Assembly (NCBI GenBank): GCA_964016885.1
Contig: OZ024752.1
Location: 35,526,001 to 35,590,000 of the forward strand
Direction: 5' to 3'
DNA length: 64,000 nucleotides
Source of the DNA: Eledone cirrhosa
Taxonomy: Eukaryota
In this document: in pieces, positions 1 through 11,806 of the stretch
How positions within the stretch are numbered: the stretch's first letter is position 1
Layout of the letters: each line of letters begins with the position of its first letter
Made by a program: the position numbers and the translations under genes
Notes under the pieces: model-generated
The model's input: the letters and a program-made list of their open reading frames with translations, nothing else
The model's database searches: none
Told to the model about the DNA's origin: nothing

Positions 1-548
1 TTCAAGTTTAAATCTCACCTGGTTTGACTTTTTCCCCTTTTTTTCTTTGTTAAATATCCAGCATCGATAGATCGATATTTCGTGAACTTGTTTGTGCCTT
101 CTTAGCTATAAACAGGATGTGAGCGAGGATCAAGGTAGGAGTGTCCACGCTACGTTCCCTATGAGTATCGACAAGATCAACTAGATTTTTGCTACTCCTA
201 TCACCACTTCAAGCAACAGTTATAAGCTACAAAACAGCCAAAAGCAACGCTGAAAGCTACAAGCCGTGAACACAAGAAGAAGCTATAAACCATTAATTAA
301 TATATATTTATATGCTAATAATATTTATACTAATATGCGAGTTATATATAATTATAAATATGAAAGGGTAGCATTAAGCACTACCCAATTACCAGTAAGA
401 GAAAAAGCTCAATGTAAATTATCAGATGCATCAGATGTATTACTGAGCAGAGATACAAAATATAAAACAATCAAATTTTTGCTTAATACATTTTTATAAT
501 TATATGTTAATAATTAGTATCATTACGAAAGCTATATTATACATAGGT

Positions 549-740
549 ACCCAATTTTTAACCCCTGTTAATAAATTACCTATAATTATTCAGTCGGTGC
601 TCCACTTATCTAAACAGCTAGTTTCTGTCACAGGTGCGAGCTGTATAACAACTTACGCAAAGAGTATAAGAAAGAATTACGAATATTTGTTGTGGCAATA
701 AATTTTGGATCGGTGTATTTTAATTTGAAATATCTGTGTT

Positions 741-836
<96 letters not shown>

Positions 837-963
837 TTTCTTATACTCTTTGCGTAAGTTATTATACAGCTCGCACCTGTAACGGAAACATAAGTAGCTG
901 TTTAGTTAAGTGGAGCACTGACTAAATAATTAGTGGTAATTTATTAACGGGTTAAAAAATAGG

Positions 964-965
<2 letters not shown>
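549..965. repeat. Imperfect inverted repeat (arms ~549-677 and ~833-965) around a (TA)n tract
   Basis: cagtcggtgctccacttatctaaacagcta...gcaaagagtataagaaagaat is the reverse complement of attctttcttatactctttgcg...agctgtttagttaagtggagcactgac. Confidence 0.85.
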
Positions 966-996
<31 letters not shown>

Positions 997-1254
997 ATGT
1001 GTGTGTATGTATGTATGTGTGTGTGTATGTATATATGTGTGTGTGTATGTATATATATGTGTATGTATGTATATATGTATGTGTGTGTATTATATATGTA
1101 TGTGTGTATATGTATATATATATATGTGTGTGTGTGTGTATGTATATATATATGCGTGTGTATGTATATATATATGCGTGTGTGTATATGTATATATTTG
1201 TGTGTGTGTGTATGTATATATATATGTGTGTGTGTGTGTATATATATGTGTGTG

Positions 1255-1500
1255 AACGCCAGCACCAACAGTTTTGCAAGAGATGTCAACATGAATGGAC
1301 CTGTTATTTTTATCTAAAGGAATCTTTACCAATTCCAACCCGCCCGTCCCCTCAATCTATCTTATTTCTCATTCTTTCTTCTGATGAAGGACTAGCGTCC
1401 GACACGTTAAGACCCTCTTCCTGCTATATCAAGCGTTAACCTAATATATACCTTCCATATACTGTACCGATTGTGTTGTTATTTCTGTTTACTTTTTACA
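1255..1500 (+). mobile_element. Penelope-like element 3' UTR fragment with a degenerate minimal hammerhead (1377-1412)
   Basis: tctt-CTGATGA-aggac tagc gtcc-GACAC-gtt-aaga (GAAA mutated to GACA). The same 3' tail recurs at ~9910-10000 and ~18783-18860, each next to (TA)n or (CA)n. Confidence 0.65.
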
Positions 1501-1526
1501 TACATATATATATATATATATATATA

Positions 1527-1697
1527 ACGAAGGAATTGTGGTAAGGAACCAGATGAACCATAACGCACCAGAGTACTCAATACTTAGGATAGTAGAGTGG
1601 GTAATGGGAAAAGGTATGACCCCGACGGCAGAGCTCTAGCCGTTTCGACGGCTATTTTGGACGAATGTGAATGTGAGAGTTGGGGGAAGAACGCGGT

Positions 1698-1700
<3 letters not shown>
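1527..1700 (-). mobile_element. Unfolded copy of the repeat family that forms palindromes at 35974, 36211, 58023 and 58275
   Basis: Shares aacgaagga...aacgcacc...gtagagtgggtaat...gaccccgacggcagagctc...gccgtttcgacggcta with those loci; flanked by (TA)n on both sides. Confidence 0.75.
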
Positions 1701-1732
<32 letters not shown>

Positions 1733-1736
1733 TAAT

Positions 1737-1955
1737 GAAGGCGTGTGGCTGAGTGGTTAGAGAATTGGATTCACAATCTTGAGGTTGTGAGTGCGATTCC
1801 TGGACCGGGCAATGCTTTATGTCCTTGAGCAAGACACTTTATTTCACGTTGCTCCTTCTACCTGGAGTTGCGACCGATAGATAGTATTAGCAACTGGAAA
1901 GACCAACGGAAACATTGTTTCCTCGGTCCGATTTGACGAAAGTCGATCGATATAC
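1737..1955 (+). mobile_element. tRNA-derived SINE with CORE-like central segment (second copy ~19003-19215)
   Basis: A-box-like tggctgagtggtt and B-box-like g(t/g)cgattcc, followed by gtccttgagcaagacactttatttcac; near-identical copy at 19003. Confidence 0.8.
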
Positions 1956-2039
1956 CATGTATATATATGTATATATAATTACTCTAGTAGCACACCTCCT
2001 CCCCCATCTAATCCGTCTAGCACGGGCCTACCGTTTAGG

Positions 2040-2507
2040 TTAAGCAACCCTACTCTCACTAACCGCAGAAGCTATTGCAACTGCCGTTACCCCAATGCAT
2101 GCCCATTAAATGAACACTGCCTGACACCCAACATAGTCTATAGGCGCACGGTTAAGACTGCTTCGAATACCAACTCTTATATCGGGTCTACCTCTAACCC
2201 TTTTAAGGTACGCTATAACGCGCACTCTTATTCCTTCCGAGACCCTAGCAACAGATGTTCGAAATCGCTAGCTAGGCTCATTAAAAACCTTAAATTAAAC
2301 AACGTTCAACACTCACTAAAATGGGATATCGTGGCTAGGGCCCAACCGTTCAATGGACGAAGAAAATCTTGTGATCTCTGTATTACGGAAGCATATTACA
2401 TAACTCTATCACGACCTCTACCGATTAACGATAGAACGGAGTTAACTATTAGCTGTCAACATCGAAGGGCTAATTCCTTTGCCAATAGAATTTTTGACCC
2501 AACTTAG
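2040..2507 (+). pseudogene. 5'-truncated Penelope-like element GIY-YIG endonuclease domain (absent from the ORF track, no start codon)
   Basis: Hand translation is stop-free: CNCRYPNACPLNEHCLTPNIVYRRTV...SYIGSTSNPFKVRYNAH...LKWDIVARA...CDLCITEAYYI...INDRTELTISCQH...FDPT*. It shows the VY-YIG motif and the Cys/His pattern of PLE endonucleases. Confidence 0.85.
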
Positions 2508-2869
2508 TCATGTAGCCCCATTTTTATTTGTAGCTAATAAGTTAAATTGCGATGAACAACTCGATAATTATAAGTTACCTCCCCTACATTGTCTCTCAAT
2601 TAAAAAAAAATTAAAAATTAGCACTTAACTATAAACACCCACAATTTCTAATCTCTCGAGAAGTTACTTCCCCTCAAACCACCCTCTAATTAGTAAGGTA
2701 AATATGCCCTTTGGCAGCCATCTTGTTACCCATAGGCAGATCTCACACAATGCAGCCTCGACAGATGAATACTGCTTGATTATGGCTGACAACTGATGCA
2801 ACCAAGATACCATAGTAAAAACCAATATATGGAACATTATCACATTATTTTAATTTATATTCCTTTGAA

Positions 2870-2989
2870 GTTCCGATGAGCCGCTCTGTCTTTTAAATAT
2901 GTTAATTATTTTCAACTGAACCAGATCAATTATGATATATAGTCATCTGATCCAGAAATATTATATGGAGTAGCGAAACAATTGTAAAC
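2870..2989 (+). ncRNA. Degenerate type I hammerhead ribozyme with long stem II, downstream of the GIY-YIG fragment
   Basis: gtt-CCGATGA-gccgctct...ggagtagc-GAAAC-aatt-GTA-aac; core U4 is changed to C. Confidence 0.6.
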
Positions 2990-3017
2990 GGACATTATTA
3001 TTATTAATATTATTATA

Positions 3018-3207
3018 GGGCGGTAGATTGGGAGTATCAGTAGAGGGTCGGACGCCATGCTTTCCAGCATAGTTACGTCCCTTTACGATCTGAGTTCAAA
3101 TCCCGCCGAGGTTGACTTTGCCTTTCATCCTTACGGGGTCGATAAAATAAAGTACCAGTAATGCACTGGGTAATTGCTGGCCCTGTGCCTAAAGTAGAAA
3201 CAATTAT
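3018..3207 (+). mobile_element. tRNA-derived SINE with Nin/Deu-like central domain (most abundant family in the window)
   Basis: gggcggtagattgg...gagttcaaatcccgccgaggttgactttgcctttcatccttacggggtcgataaaataaagtaccag...gtagaaacaattatt; many further copies on both strands. Confidence 0.85.
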
Positions 3208-3506
3208 TATTAATATTATTATTATTATTATTCTCTACATTCCTCACATCAAACTAAAATATGTTGACAATCTTTTAATAATGTCTTCCTTGTGAAATTT
3301 GTGGTCTTGTTTTGCTTAACTAATGAATATTTCCAGCTCTGCGCACCTAACTTCTGCATGAACCCAGCCACCTAGCTGCTTTCTACTGCATATTGCACAT
3401 TGAGCACATGCCTTTATGCTTTGGCTTCTAACTAATTCACCAATCTCTCCTCCCATATCCCCTCTCCTATCTCCATCTCTCTCTTTAAGATTGGTTACTC
3501 TTGAAC

Positions 3507-3537
<31 letters not shown>

Positions 3538-3539
3538 GC

Positions 3540-3822
3540 AGAAGTTTATTTAATTTGTTGGGATTCCAACAAGCTTAAAAGTTTATAACTGATATAAAGC
3601 ACTCAACAGATTTACTGGAGTAAATATTCAATATATTAATAAATGGAACTATCCAGTGAACTTTCAACCGTCAAGGTTGTTTTTCCACGGTTATGTCAAT
3701 ATTTATAAAACAAATCTTGTATTTTATCTGATGAAAGCGCACCAAGAATGCCTTGGTTGCCCTTGAAATATATATAATAAAATAATTATGGTTTTATAAA
3801 TATAGTTTCCATTTATTAATAT

Positions 3823-3826
<4 letters not shown>
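3540..3826. mobile_element. Non-coding PLE-like fold-back insertion in (TA)n (same family as 60630 and 62947)
   Basis: caatatattaataaatggaactat pairs with atagtttccatttattaatatattg; shares gcactcaaca...ggagtaaata with ~60690; (TA)n on both sides. Confidence 0.75.
3722..3782 (+). ncRNA. Type I hammerhead ribozyme
   Basis: Stem I ttttat/ataaaa, CTGATGA at 3728, stem II aagcgcaccaag/cttggttgccctt, GAAA at 3765, palindromic stem III tatata, ATA cleavage triplet. Confidence 0.85.
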
Positions 3827-3871
<45 letters not shown>

Positions 3872-4063
3872 GTAATAAACAACATAAGGCAATTATTCCA
3901 TTTACCAGTGGTTTCTTAAAAGCAAAAAATGTTGCTTTCAATCATCAGAATGAAAAAAATCATGGTCTGTTTATTGAATGGTTTTTTAAAATCCAAATTC
4001 AATAAACAGACCGTGATTTCTTAATTGTGGTCACCTCCCAATATACATTATAAATCCACCTAT

Positions 4064-4110
<47 letters not shown>

Positions 4111-4316
4111 TTGAATGTGTATAGTTCATTTTACTGGTTTCAGTCCTTCAAAGATTTTAATTGATCTTATTGCCCTCCGTACTTATTTTATCAATCTTCA
4201 TTTGTTGAACTGTAAACAAACGCAACATAAAACAGCAACTCAGATTTTTTTTAGACTAGTGTAAAACGTACACACACCCCATAAGTCTGTCTTATCAAAG
4301 CTCACGTAGTCTTTAA

Positions 4317-4512
4317 CCCTTTACCATTTACATTACTCTATATATACTATTGTATTTTTGTGGTAAACACTTTACCCCGCATAATTATCTCACATAATAT
4401 TGAATCTACAAGATTTTGATGTTATTTATTTTGAGAACAATACCTTAATATCAGTATGAGTGGCCAGTTTGAACAGAAAGAGGTGAAAGAATTCTAGCCA
4501 GAAACAGTCAGG
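4317..4512. mobile_element. piggyBac-like MITE (TTAA-flanked), opposite orientation to the copy at 25053
   Basis: ttaa-CCCTTTA...cagg-ttaa; internal sequence is a diverged reverse complement of 25053-25262. Confidence 0.55.
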
Positions 4513-4576
4513 TTAAAAAAACCTCAACCCCCAAGTTCTCAACACTTAGTTCATTAGGTATTCCTCTTCTTGCCAA

Positions 4577-4900
4577 TCTATATACTACTAAAACTCTGCG
4601 ATTGCTTGATTGATTGCTTGTCTGTGATGTAATACAGTCAAAAGGGCGCATAATGGGAAAATACTTTGAAAGGAAGTTGACTCTGAAATGGGAATACAAA
4701 TGGAATAAAACAAGTTTCGTGTAAATTGGAGCACAGGTTCCTGAGATATGGGGTTTTTCCGGGTACCTTCATAAAGAAAGAGAGAGAGAAAGAGATAGTG
4801 GTTGTGAGAGAGTAGATTGAGAGAGAGAGAGAGACATAAAGAGAGGAAGAGGAGGCAGAGAAGGAGAATGGAAGTGAAAGAGAGAGCTGGTGGTGTTGTG
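4577..4900 (+). mobile_element. Non-autonomous Helitron-like element, 5' part (second copy 43608-43952 on the minus strand)
   Basis: Starts a^TCTATATACTACTAAAA followed by a gatt/gctt microsatellite; clear reverse-complement homologue at 43608-43952. Confidence 0.55.
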
Positions 4901-5003
4901 TATATATGAGTGTATGTGTGTGTGTATATATATATATGTATACACACACACATATATATATATATATGGCCCTTCCAGCTTCATTTCATATTATATACAT
5001 GTC

Positions 5004-6570
5004 TCATCATCATCATCATCATCATCACCGTTTTACGTCCGTTCTTCCACGCTAGCATGGGTTAGACGGGTTGTCCTGTTGTGGGCAGTGTCTGGTCGGC
5101 TGACCATGCCTTGCTCATACAGGAACTGATCTGGCTTGATTTCTACAGCTGGATGCCCTTCCTAACACCAACCTCATTTACAGTGAGTGCTGGGTGCTTT
5201 TTCGTGGCGCCTACACGTCTACTTTACAGTGTGGGCTGGGTGCTTTTTTGCCGTGGCACCTCAACGACCACCTTGCGGTGGGGGGTGTGGGGGCATATTG
5301 TCTATATGCTTCAGCATGTACCCATGGGAGGTCGGGTACTCTGTATTACTGCGTGACGCCAGAAGTCACGGTCGTGTGTCATTGTCTTTGAGAGGTGCAA
5401 TTGGGTAAGGTCGGCTTTTATCACCTCATCCCAGGTCATCTTGGGTCTCCCCACTCCGCGGTTTTCATCAACTTCTAGTGCTCTGCACCTTTTTATGCAG
5501 CTGTCATCCTTCATACGCATCACATGTCCATACCAGCGCTACCGCCTCTCCTGCACACAGCATTTGATTCCTCTTATGCTCAGTCTCTCTCTCAATTCAT
5601 TTATGCTTTGTCATTCACGTATATTACTGTTACACATCCATCGGAGCATGCAGGCTTCGTTTCTCTCTAATCTACGTAAGTCTTTCACCTTCAGCGCCCA
5701 GGTCTCACTACCATGCAACATCGCTGTTCGGATACACGCATCATACAGTCTGCCTTTCATTCTGAGGGAGAAGCCTTTTGCAGTTAGCAGTGGTAGTAGT
5801 TCCCTAAACTTCTTCCATCCCGTTCTTACCCTAGTTATTGTACTTTCTGAACACCCACCTCCGCTGCTAATTCGGTCACCTAGGTAGCAGAAGCTGTCTA
5901 CTGTTTCTACAGGGCCCTCCCAGAGATTGGTGGTACTTGTTTCCTGTGACTGTTTGCTGCTTGCTGTCTCAGCACAGCTGCTGCAAGTGAATCCTACATT
6001 CTTAATTAAGCTTCCTGAGATCCCGCTACATCTCTTGTGTACCCATTGTTTGCATTTGGGGCAGAGAATGGAGTTCTTACCTACACCTTTCCTACATACT
6101 GAGCAAGGCCATTTCCCTGAGGGGATCTGGGTTCTGTTTTCTCGTCTACTTACAAGGACCTTAGTCTTTGCCATCTTGACTTTGAGACCCTTTCTTTCTA
6201 GTCCCTGCTTCCAAGTTTGGAATTTATTCTCTAGTTCTACCATAGATTCAGCTATGAGTGCGAGGTCATCAGCATACAGGAGTTCCCATGGGCATCCGGT
6301 CTTAAACTCCTCCGTTATTGCCTGCAGGACTATGATGAACAGGAGAGGGCTAAGAACAGAGCCCTGGTGGACCCCAACCTGTACGCTAAATTCCTCGCTA
6401 TACTCATTGCTAATCCTAACTTTGCTGACTGCTCCCCTATACATGGCTTGTACCGCTTTCACAAGCCATTCATCTACTCCTAGTTTTCTAAGAGCCCACC
6501 AGATTACAGCACGTGGAACTCTGTCAAAGGCTTTCTCAAGGTCGACAAATGCCAAGTAGAGTGGCTTACT
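5004..6570 (-). mobile_element. 5'-truncated RTE-clade LINE (RT, Cys-rich insert, C-terminal domain, 3' UTR, (TGA)n tail)
   Basis: ORF 5611-6555 has FVDLEKAFDRV, GVHQGSVLSPLLF, LLYADD and MLHGSETW; it continues past premature stops into RGVGRPKMTW; the tail ends in gatgatgat. Confidence 0.95.
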
Positions 6571-6865
6571 GTATATTTTAATTATTTAAAAATTATTTTT
6601 AAGTGAACATGATTTTTTTTAAATATTTTGAAGTGAACGTAACTCAACGGGTCGCGGGTGATACAGTCTTTCTTAAATCTCACTATACAAATATCATACA
6701 TATACCTTACATATACTTTCTACTCCAGAGGAACGACATTTTGGGTCCTCTGTTTTTTCTACAACACAGTGGATAGTCATTAAAGACAATAGACTGATGG
6801 TAAGACTGGAAAGAGATAATGATAATAATGATGATGATGATTTTTTTCTTGTCTAAATCACATAC

Positions 6866-6920
6866 CTTGTCCGATGCCTTCTACTCCAGAACCACATCTT
6901 TTGCAGTTGTCTGTTCTTGT
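6866..6920 (-). CDS. Possible isolated 55-bp internal exon (TRTDNCKRCGSGVEGIGQ), gene unknown
   Basis: The minus strand reads ttgcatttag|ACAAGA...GGACAAG|gtatgt: canonical acceptor and strong donor, open frame, non-repetitive sequence. Confidence 0.3.
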
Positions 6921-7075
6921 CTAAATGCAACAATTCACAGAAAATAGCTAGTCATCTCATTTCATACCCGCCTTGGTCTAGTAGGAACTACTTAAACTTC
7001 AGGTACCATCTTTCCATTTCTCGCTGTCATCAAATAAAAAAAAAAAAAGATTTAAACAGCATTATTAAATTCAAA

Positions 7076-7388
7076 GGATGGTGGATTGGCAGTAGCGGTA
7101 GAGGGTCGTACGCCATGCTGTTCAGCATAGAGTTACGACCCTTTACGGTCTGAGTTCAAATCCTGCCACGGTTATCTTTGCCTTGCATCCTTACAGGGGT
7201 CGATAAAATAAAGTACCAGTAATGTATTGGGATAATTGCTGGCCTTGTGCCAAAAGAAGAAACCATTATTAAATTCAAATTGAATTGTCAACAATAATTG
7301 TTTCTACTTTAGGCACAAGGCCAGCAATTACCCAGTGCATTACTGGTACTTTATTTTATCGACCCCGTAAGGATGAAAGGCAAAGTCA
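7076..7388. mobile_element. Nin/Deu-like SINE (+, 7076-7270) and inverted partial copy (-, 7293-7388)
   Basis: Same consensus as the copy at 3018. Confidence 0.8.
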
Positions 7389-7551
7389 ATAATGAACAAT
7401 GATCTTTATAATCGTCATCATCATCATCATCATGTAGGTATCACAACAAAAAACACCCAAAAGACAACTCATCTATTAATTTGTTGCATCATCATTTACC
7501 AACCCGATCCACCAGTTCCACCCTTTGGTAAACATCCTAACATAAATGAAA

Positions 7552-8257
7552 TCATCATCATCATCATCATCATCATTTTACGTCTGCTTTTCCCTGCTTG
7601 CAAGGGTGGGACGGGAACTGATTCTGGTTTGATTTCTACAGATGGATGCCCTTCCTAACACCAACCTCATTTACAGTGAGTGCTGGGTGCTTTTCTTCTG
7701 GGGCGCCTACACGTCCACTTTACAGTGTGGGCTGGGTGCTTTTTTGCCGTGGCACCTCCACGACCACTTTACAGTGGGAGGGTGTGGGGGCATATTGTCC
7801 ATATGCTTCAGCTACGGCTTGTACCCGTGGGGGGGGGGTCGGGTCTTCTGTATTACTGCGTGACGCCAGAGGTCACGGTTGTGTGTCATCGCCTTTGAGA
7901 GGTGTAATTGGGTAAGGTTGGCTTTTATCACCTCATCCCAGGTCTTCTTGGGTCTCCCCACTCTGCGGCTTCAATCGACTTCTAGTGCTCTGCACCTTTT
8001 TATGCAGCTGTCATCCTTCATACGCATCACAAAGTGGTCGTGGAGGTGCCACGGCAAAAAAAAAGCACCCAGCACTCACTGTAAATGAGGTTGGTGTTAG
8101 GAAGGGCATCCAGCTGTAGAAATCAAACCAGAATCAGTTCCCATATGAGCAAGACAAGGTCAGCCGACTGTCTACTGCCCACAACAGGACAACCCGTCCA
8201 ACCCATGCTAGTGTGGAAGAACGGACGTAAAATGGTGATGATGATGATGATGATGAT
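7552..8257. mobile_element. RTE 3' end (minus strand, 7552-8030) fused head-to-head with an RTE-type tail on the plus strand (8030-8257)
   Basis: 7640-8030 is near-identical to 5140-5523; 8030-8257 is the reverse complement of the same tail and ends in (TGA)n. Confidence 0.8.
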
Positions 8258-8307
8258 ACACACTCACACACATATGACAATGATCAATTTATTTTCTTTT
8301 ATTCCAG

Positions 8308-8447
8308 CAACTGATGAGAAATGTAAGCCAGGTTTTCTGACAGTTACATTACAAATCAAAGGACTGAAAATAGGCAATTCAAAGCAGGATTCAAATACTG
8401 AAATCAAGGCTCAAAATGCTCATGTAACTGCTGATTTCCAGAAAAGG
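8308..8447 (+). CDS. Possible exon (TDEKCKPGFLTVTLQIKGLKIGNSKQDSNTEIKAQNAHVTADFQK), gene unknown
   Basis: Good acceptor tttattttcttttattccag and an open non-repetitive frame; the donor (gttgtc) is weak. Confidence 0.25.
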
Positions 8448-8760
8448 TTGTCTTATAAGTTGATTTATAAACTTTTTTATGTTACTCTCATATATCATGT
8501 ATATATTTAAATATATTCATATATTTAAGTATGTTCATATTCCATAAAAGTTTATTTATATATATTTTACGTTCCTCTTATTATCCTTCGTAGCATCTGT
8601 GTGTAGTTACCTCCTAAAGCTTGGTTTATAGATTTTGTCACTGACCGTGATTCCACTGAAGCTTTTAATAATCTAACTTTTGTTTGTGAACATGACAGAA
8701 TCTTTAAGATGTTTGTTGTAAATTACAAGCTGTATTACTCAAACAGATGGGTCATTATCT

Positions 8761-9377
8761 AGAACAACTGTAACTTGAGCTCCAGATTCAACCTGAAGAT
8801 GAACATCTGGAAGAACTGTAACTTGAGCTCCAGATTCAACCTGAAGATGAACATCTGGAAGAACTGTAACTTGAGCTCCAGATTCAAACTGAAGATGAAC
8901 ATCTGGAAGAACTGTAACTTGAGCTCCAGATTCAACCTGAAGATGAACATCTGGAAGAACTGTAACTTGAGCTCCAGATTCAAACTGAAGATGAACATCT
9001 GGAAGAACTGTAACTTGAGCTCCAGATTCAAACTGAAGATGAGCATCTGGAAGAACTGTAACTTGAGCACCAGATCCAAACTGAAGATGAACATCTGGAA
9101 GAACTGTAACATGAGCTCCAAATCCAAACTGAAGATGAACCTCTGAAAGAACTGTAACTTGAGCTCCAGATCCAAACCGAAGATGAACATTTGGAAGAAC
9201 TGTAACTTGAGCTACAGATCCAAACTGAGGATGAACTTCTGGAATAACTGTAACTTGAGCTCCAGATCCAAACTGAGGATGAACCTCTCGAAGAACTGTA
9301 ACTTGAGCTCCAGATCCAAACAGACTGAACAACATATGAAAGAACTATAACTTGAGCTTCAAATCTAAACTGAAGAT
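8761..9377 (+). repeat. 48-bp minisatellite (~13 units) derived from RTE coding sequence
   Basis: Unit gaactgtaacttgagctccagattcaaactgaagatgaacatctggaa; the plus frame reads (NIWKNCNLSSRFKLKM)n and runs into the RTE fragment below. Confidence 0.9.
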
Positions 9378-9630
9378 TTTGAAATCAATAGGGATATAGT
9401 GTTACTATACAGATGTGAAAGTTGGACATACAATGAGGAAGTCAACCAGAGGATTAATGCATCTGAGATGAAACGCTATCGGAAATTGCTTAGGGTGAAA
9501 TTGTAGGACAAACGCCAAAGAATGGATTCAGAAAAAAAGTGGAGGAAAAAACTGGTGCAGCACAGAAACCCCTGTTAAAGATAGCACAAGATCACAAGCT
9601 GAAGTATTTTGGACGTGTAGTGAGATACCC
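9378..9630 (+). pseudogene. Degraded RTE LINE C-terminal fragment
   Basis: LLYRCESWTYNEEVNQRINASEMKRYRKLL...HKLKYFGRVVR with stops and frameshifts. Confidence 0.8.
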
Positions 9631-10002
9631 CAAGGATTCGAGACTAGTAAATACTGTAATACATCGATGTGTGCCAGGCAGCAGGAGTAGAAGGACCCCA
9701 AGGATTTGAGACTGGCAAGCACTGTAACCCTTCAAGTATGTTGTGTTGATCTGTATCAAACGATATTCTATGCATAGCCAGAATTCAGTAGATAGTGGAA
9801 GCAATAAATGAAACTCTGAGGGAGAGTGAGGTATATATTTTGTTGACAGCCACATTCAAGACAACAGTTACAACAGCAAACACCAACCAACGTCGCCTAC
9901 ACTAGCCCTCTTAAGACTCTCTTCTTGCTATTTCAAGCGTTAACCTAATATATTCCTTCCATATACTGTACCGATTGTGTTGTTATTTCTGTTTACCTTT
10001 TT

Positions 10003-10043
<41 letters not shown>

Positions 10044-10599
10044 TATACACACACACATTCATTTTCAGTGCTTAAAAGCCGAAAATTAGGCTTCATACAT
10101 TGTTTGATATAAATATATTTAATATTCAACTAGTTTAGAAACTCATATGTGGTTTAAAGAGCATATGTAAATGAATGTTAGTAAAATCTAATGCATTTAA
10201 AGGGAGATAACCTCTTATAACTCTTCTTTAAAAAGAAATCAATATTTTGGGGGTAGATCATTGTGTTATACAGGCAGCAAATTAAGAGAGGCGTTAGAAT
10301 GTTGGATAGAATGCTTTGTGGTATTCAAAACCAAGGTCAACTTTGACGTTCATCAATTCAAGGTCGATAAAAAAAAGTACCAGTCAAGTACTGGGGTCGA
10401 TTCTTCCTCTATATCTCTTTCTCACTTCCTTTCTCTCACTCTCTCTATTCTTCTCTGGAAGAAATCTGCTGTATTCAGACCTGGAGAGAAGATGGGTTCC
10501 ACCAAGTTTTAAAATACCCTAGAAATGCTGTATGTCAATATGGAGCCCCTACAATTCCCTCAGGAATTATAGGACCATGAGATCAGATGAGATTGTGTT

Positions 10600-11458
10600 A
10601 TCATCATCATCATCATCATTTCATTTTACGTCCGCTTTTCCCTGCTTGCAAGGGTGGGACGGGAACTGATTCTGGCTTGATTTCTACAGCTGGATGCCCT
10701 TCCTAACACCAACCTCAATTACAGTGAGTGGTGGGTGCTCTTTTGCCGTGGCACCTCCACGACCACTTTGCAGTGGAATGATAGGGACCCTAGTCCCTAT
10801 CATCTCATTTCTACAGCTGAGTAAACTGGAGCAATGTGAAATAAAGTGTCTTGCTCAAGGAAACAACACATCACCCGGTCTGAGAATTGAACTCACAACC
10901 TTTCGATTGCAAGGCCAATGTTATATGTATGTATGAACCCATGACTCCTAGTGGAGTCGGTGAGGACGCCGTAGTGACATATGGCATTTCTTTGGCACTT
11001 TTTTTTTTACCTGGCAGAGCCAATCTCTTCTTCAAGACTGAACACACACTTGATTTCTGCCAAATAAGGAGAAAGTGCAAAATAGATTTAGAGGAACAAT
11101 TAATCCCAGTACTGGACTGATACTTATTTTTATTGAGAGCATTGGCCTTGCAATCGAAAGGTTGTGAGTTCAATTCTCAGGCCAGGTGGTGTGTTGTTTC
11201 CTTGAGCAAGACACTTTATTTCACATTGCTCCAGTTTACTCAGCTGTAGAAATGAGATGATAGGGACTGGGGTCCCTATCATTCCACTGCAAAGTGGTCG
11301 TGGAGGTGCCACGGCAAAAAAGCAACCAGCACTCACTGTAAATGAGGTTGGTGTTAGGAAGGGCATCCAGCTGTAGAAATCAAGCCAGAATCAGTTCCCG
11401 TCCCACCCTTGCAAGCAGGGAAAAACGGACGTAAAATGATGATGATGATGATGATGAT
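10600..11458. mobile_element. Two CORE-like SINEs with RTE-type tails in inverted, head-to-head arrangement (10600-10920 on -, 11140-11458 on +)
   Basis: ORFs 10694(+) and 11366(-) give the same pseudo-peptide; both copies end in (TGA)n. Confidence 0.85.
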
Positions 11459-11806
11459 TGAACTCGAAAAGATGAAAAGCAAAGTTGACCTCGCAGGATG
11501 TGAACTCAGAGAGCCAGAATGAAGAATACCATGAAGTATTCTATCCAATATTCTAAGGACTAAAACAATCCAAGCAAAGTATAGCAGTAATAAAACTAAT
11601 CACTGGTATTAATTACTCAGGGACATCTTCTGCATAAAAAAACAATGAAGTTATTGTTAGCATAATGTTTCATAGCAAAAATATATTCAGCGGTGTTGTC
11701 TCCCAAATTTGTCAAAATGATTAAAGTAATATTATATCCACACCTGTACACATACATATGTATGTATATATACATATGACATATCTTCTGCCATATATAT
11801 TCTATT

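Noticed and set aside
3018-3110. tRNA genes at the SINE heads
   Set aside because: A/B-box-like motifs are present, but there is no cloverleaf and the sequence continues into the SINE body and tail.
8311-8345. CTGATGA followed by a short hairpin as a hammerhead
   Set aside because: No GAAA follows the candidate stem II, and there is no stem I or III.
8739-9335. 198-aa repetitive ORF (ESGAQVTVLPDVHLQ)n as a host protein
   Set aside because: The opposite strand is continuous with an RTE coding remnant, which explains the repeat.
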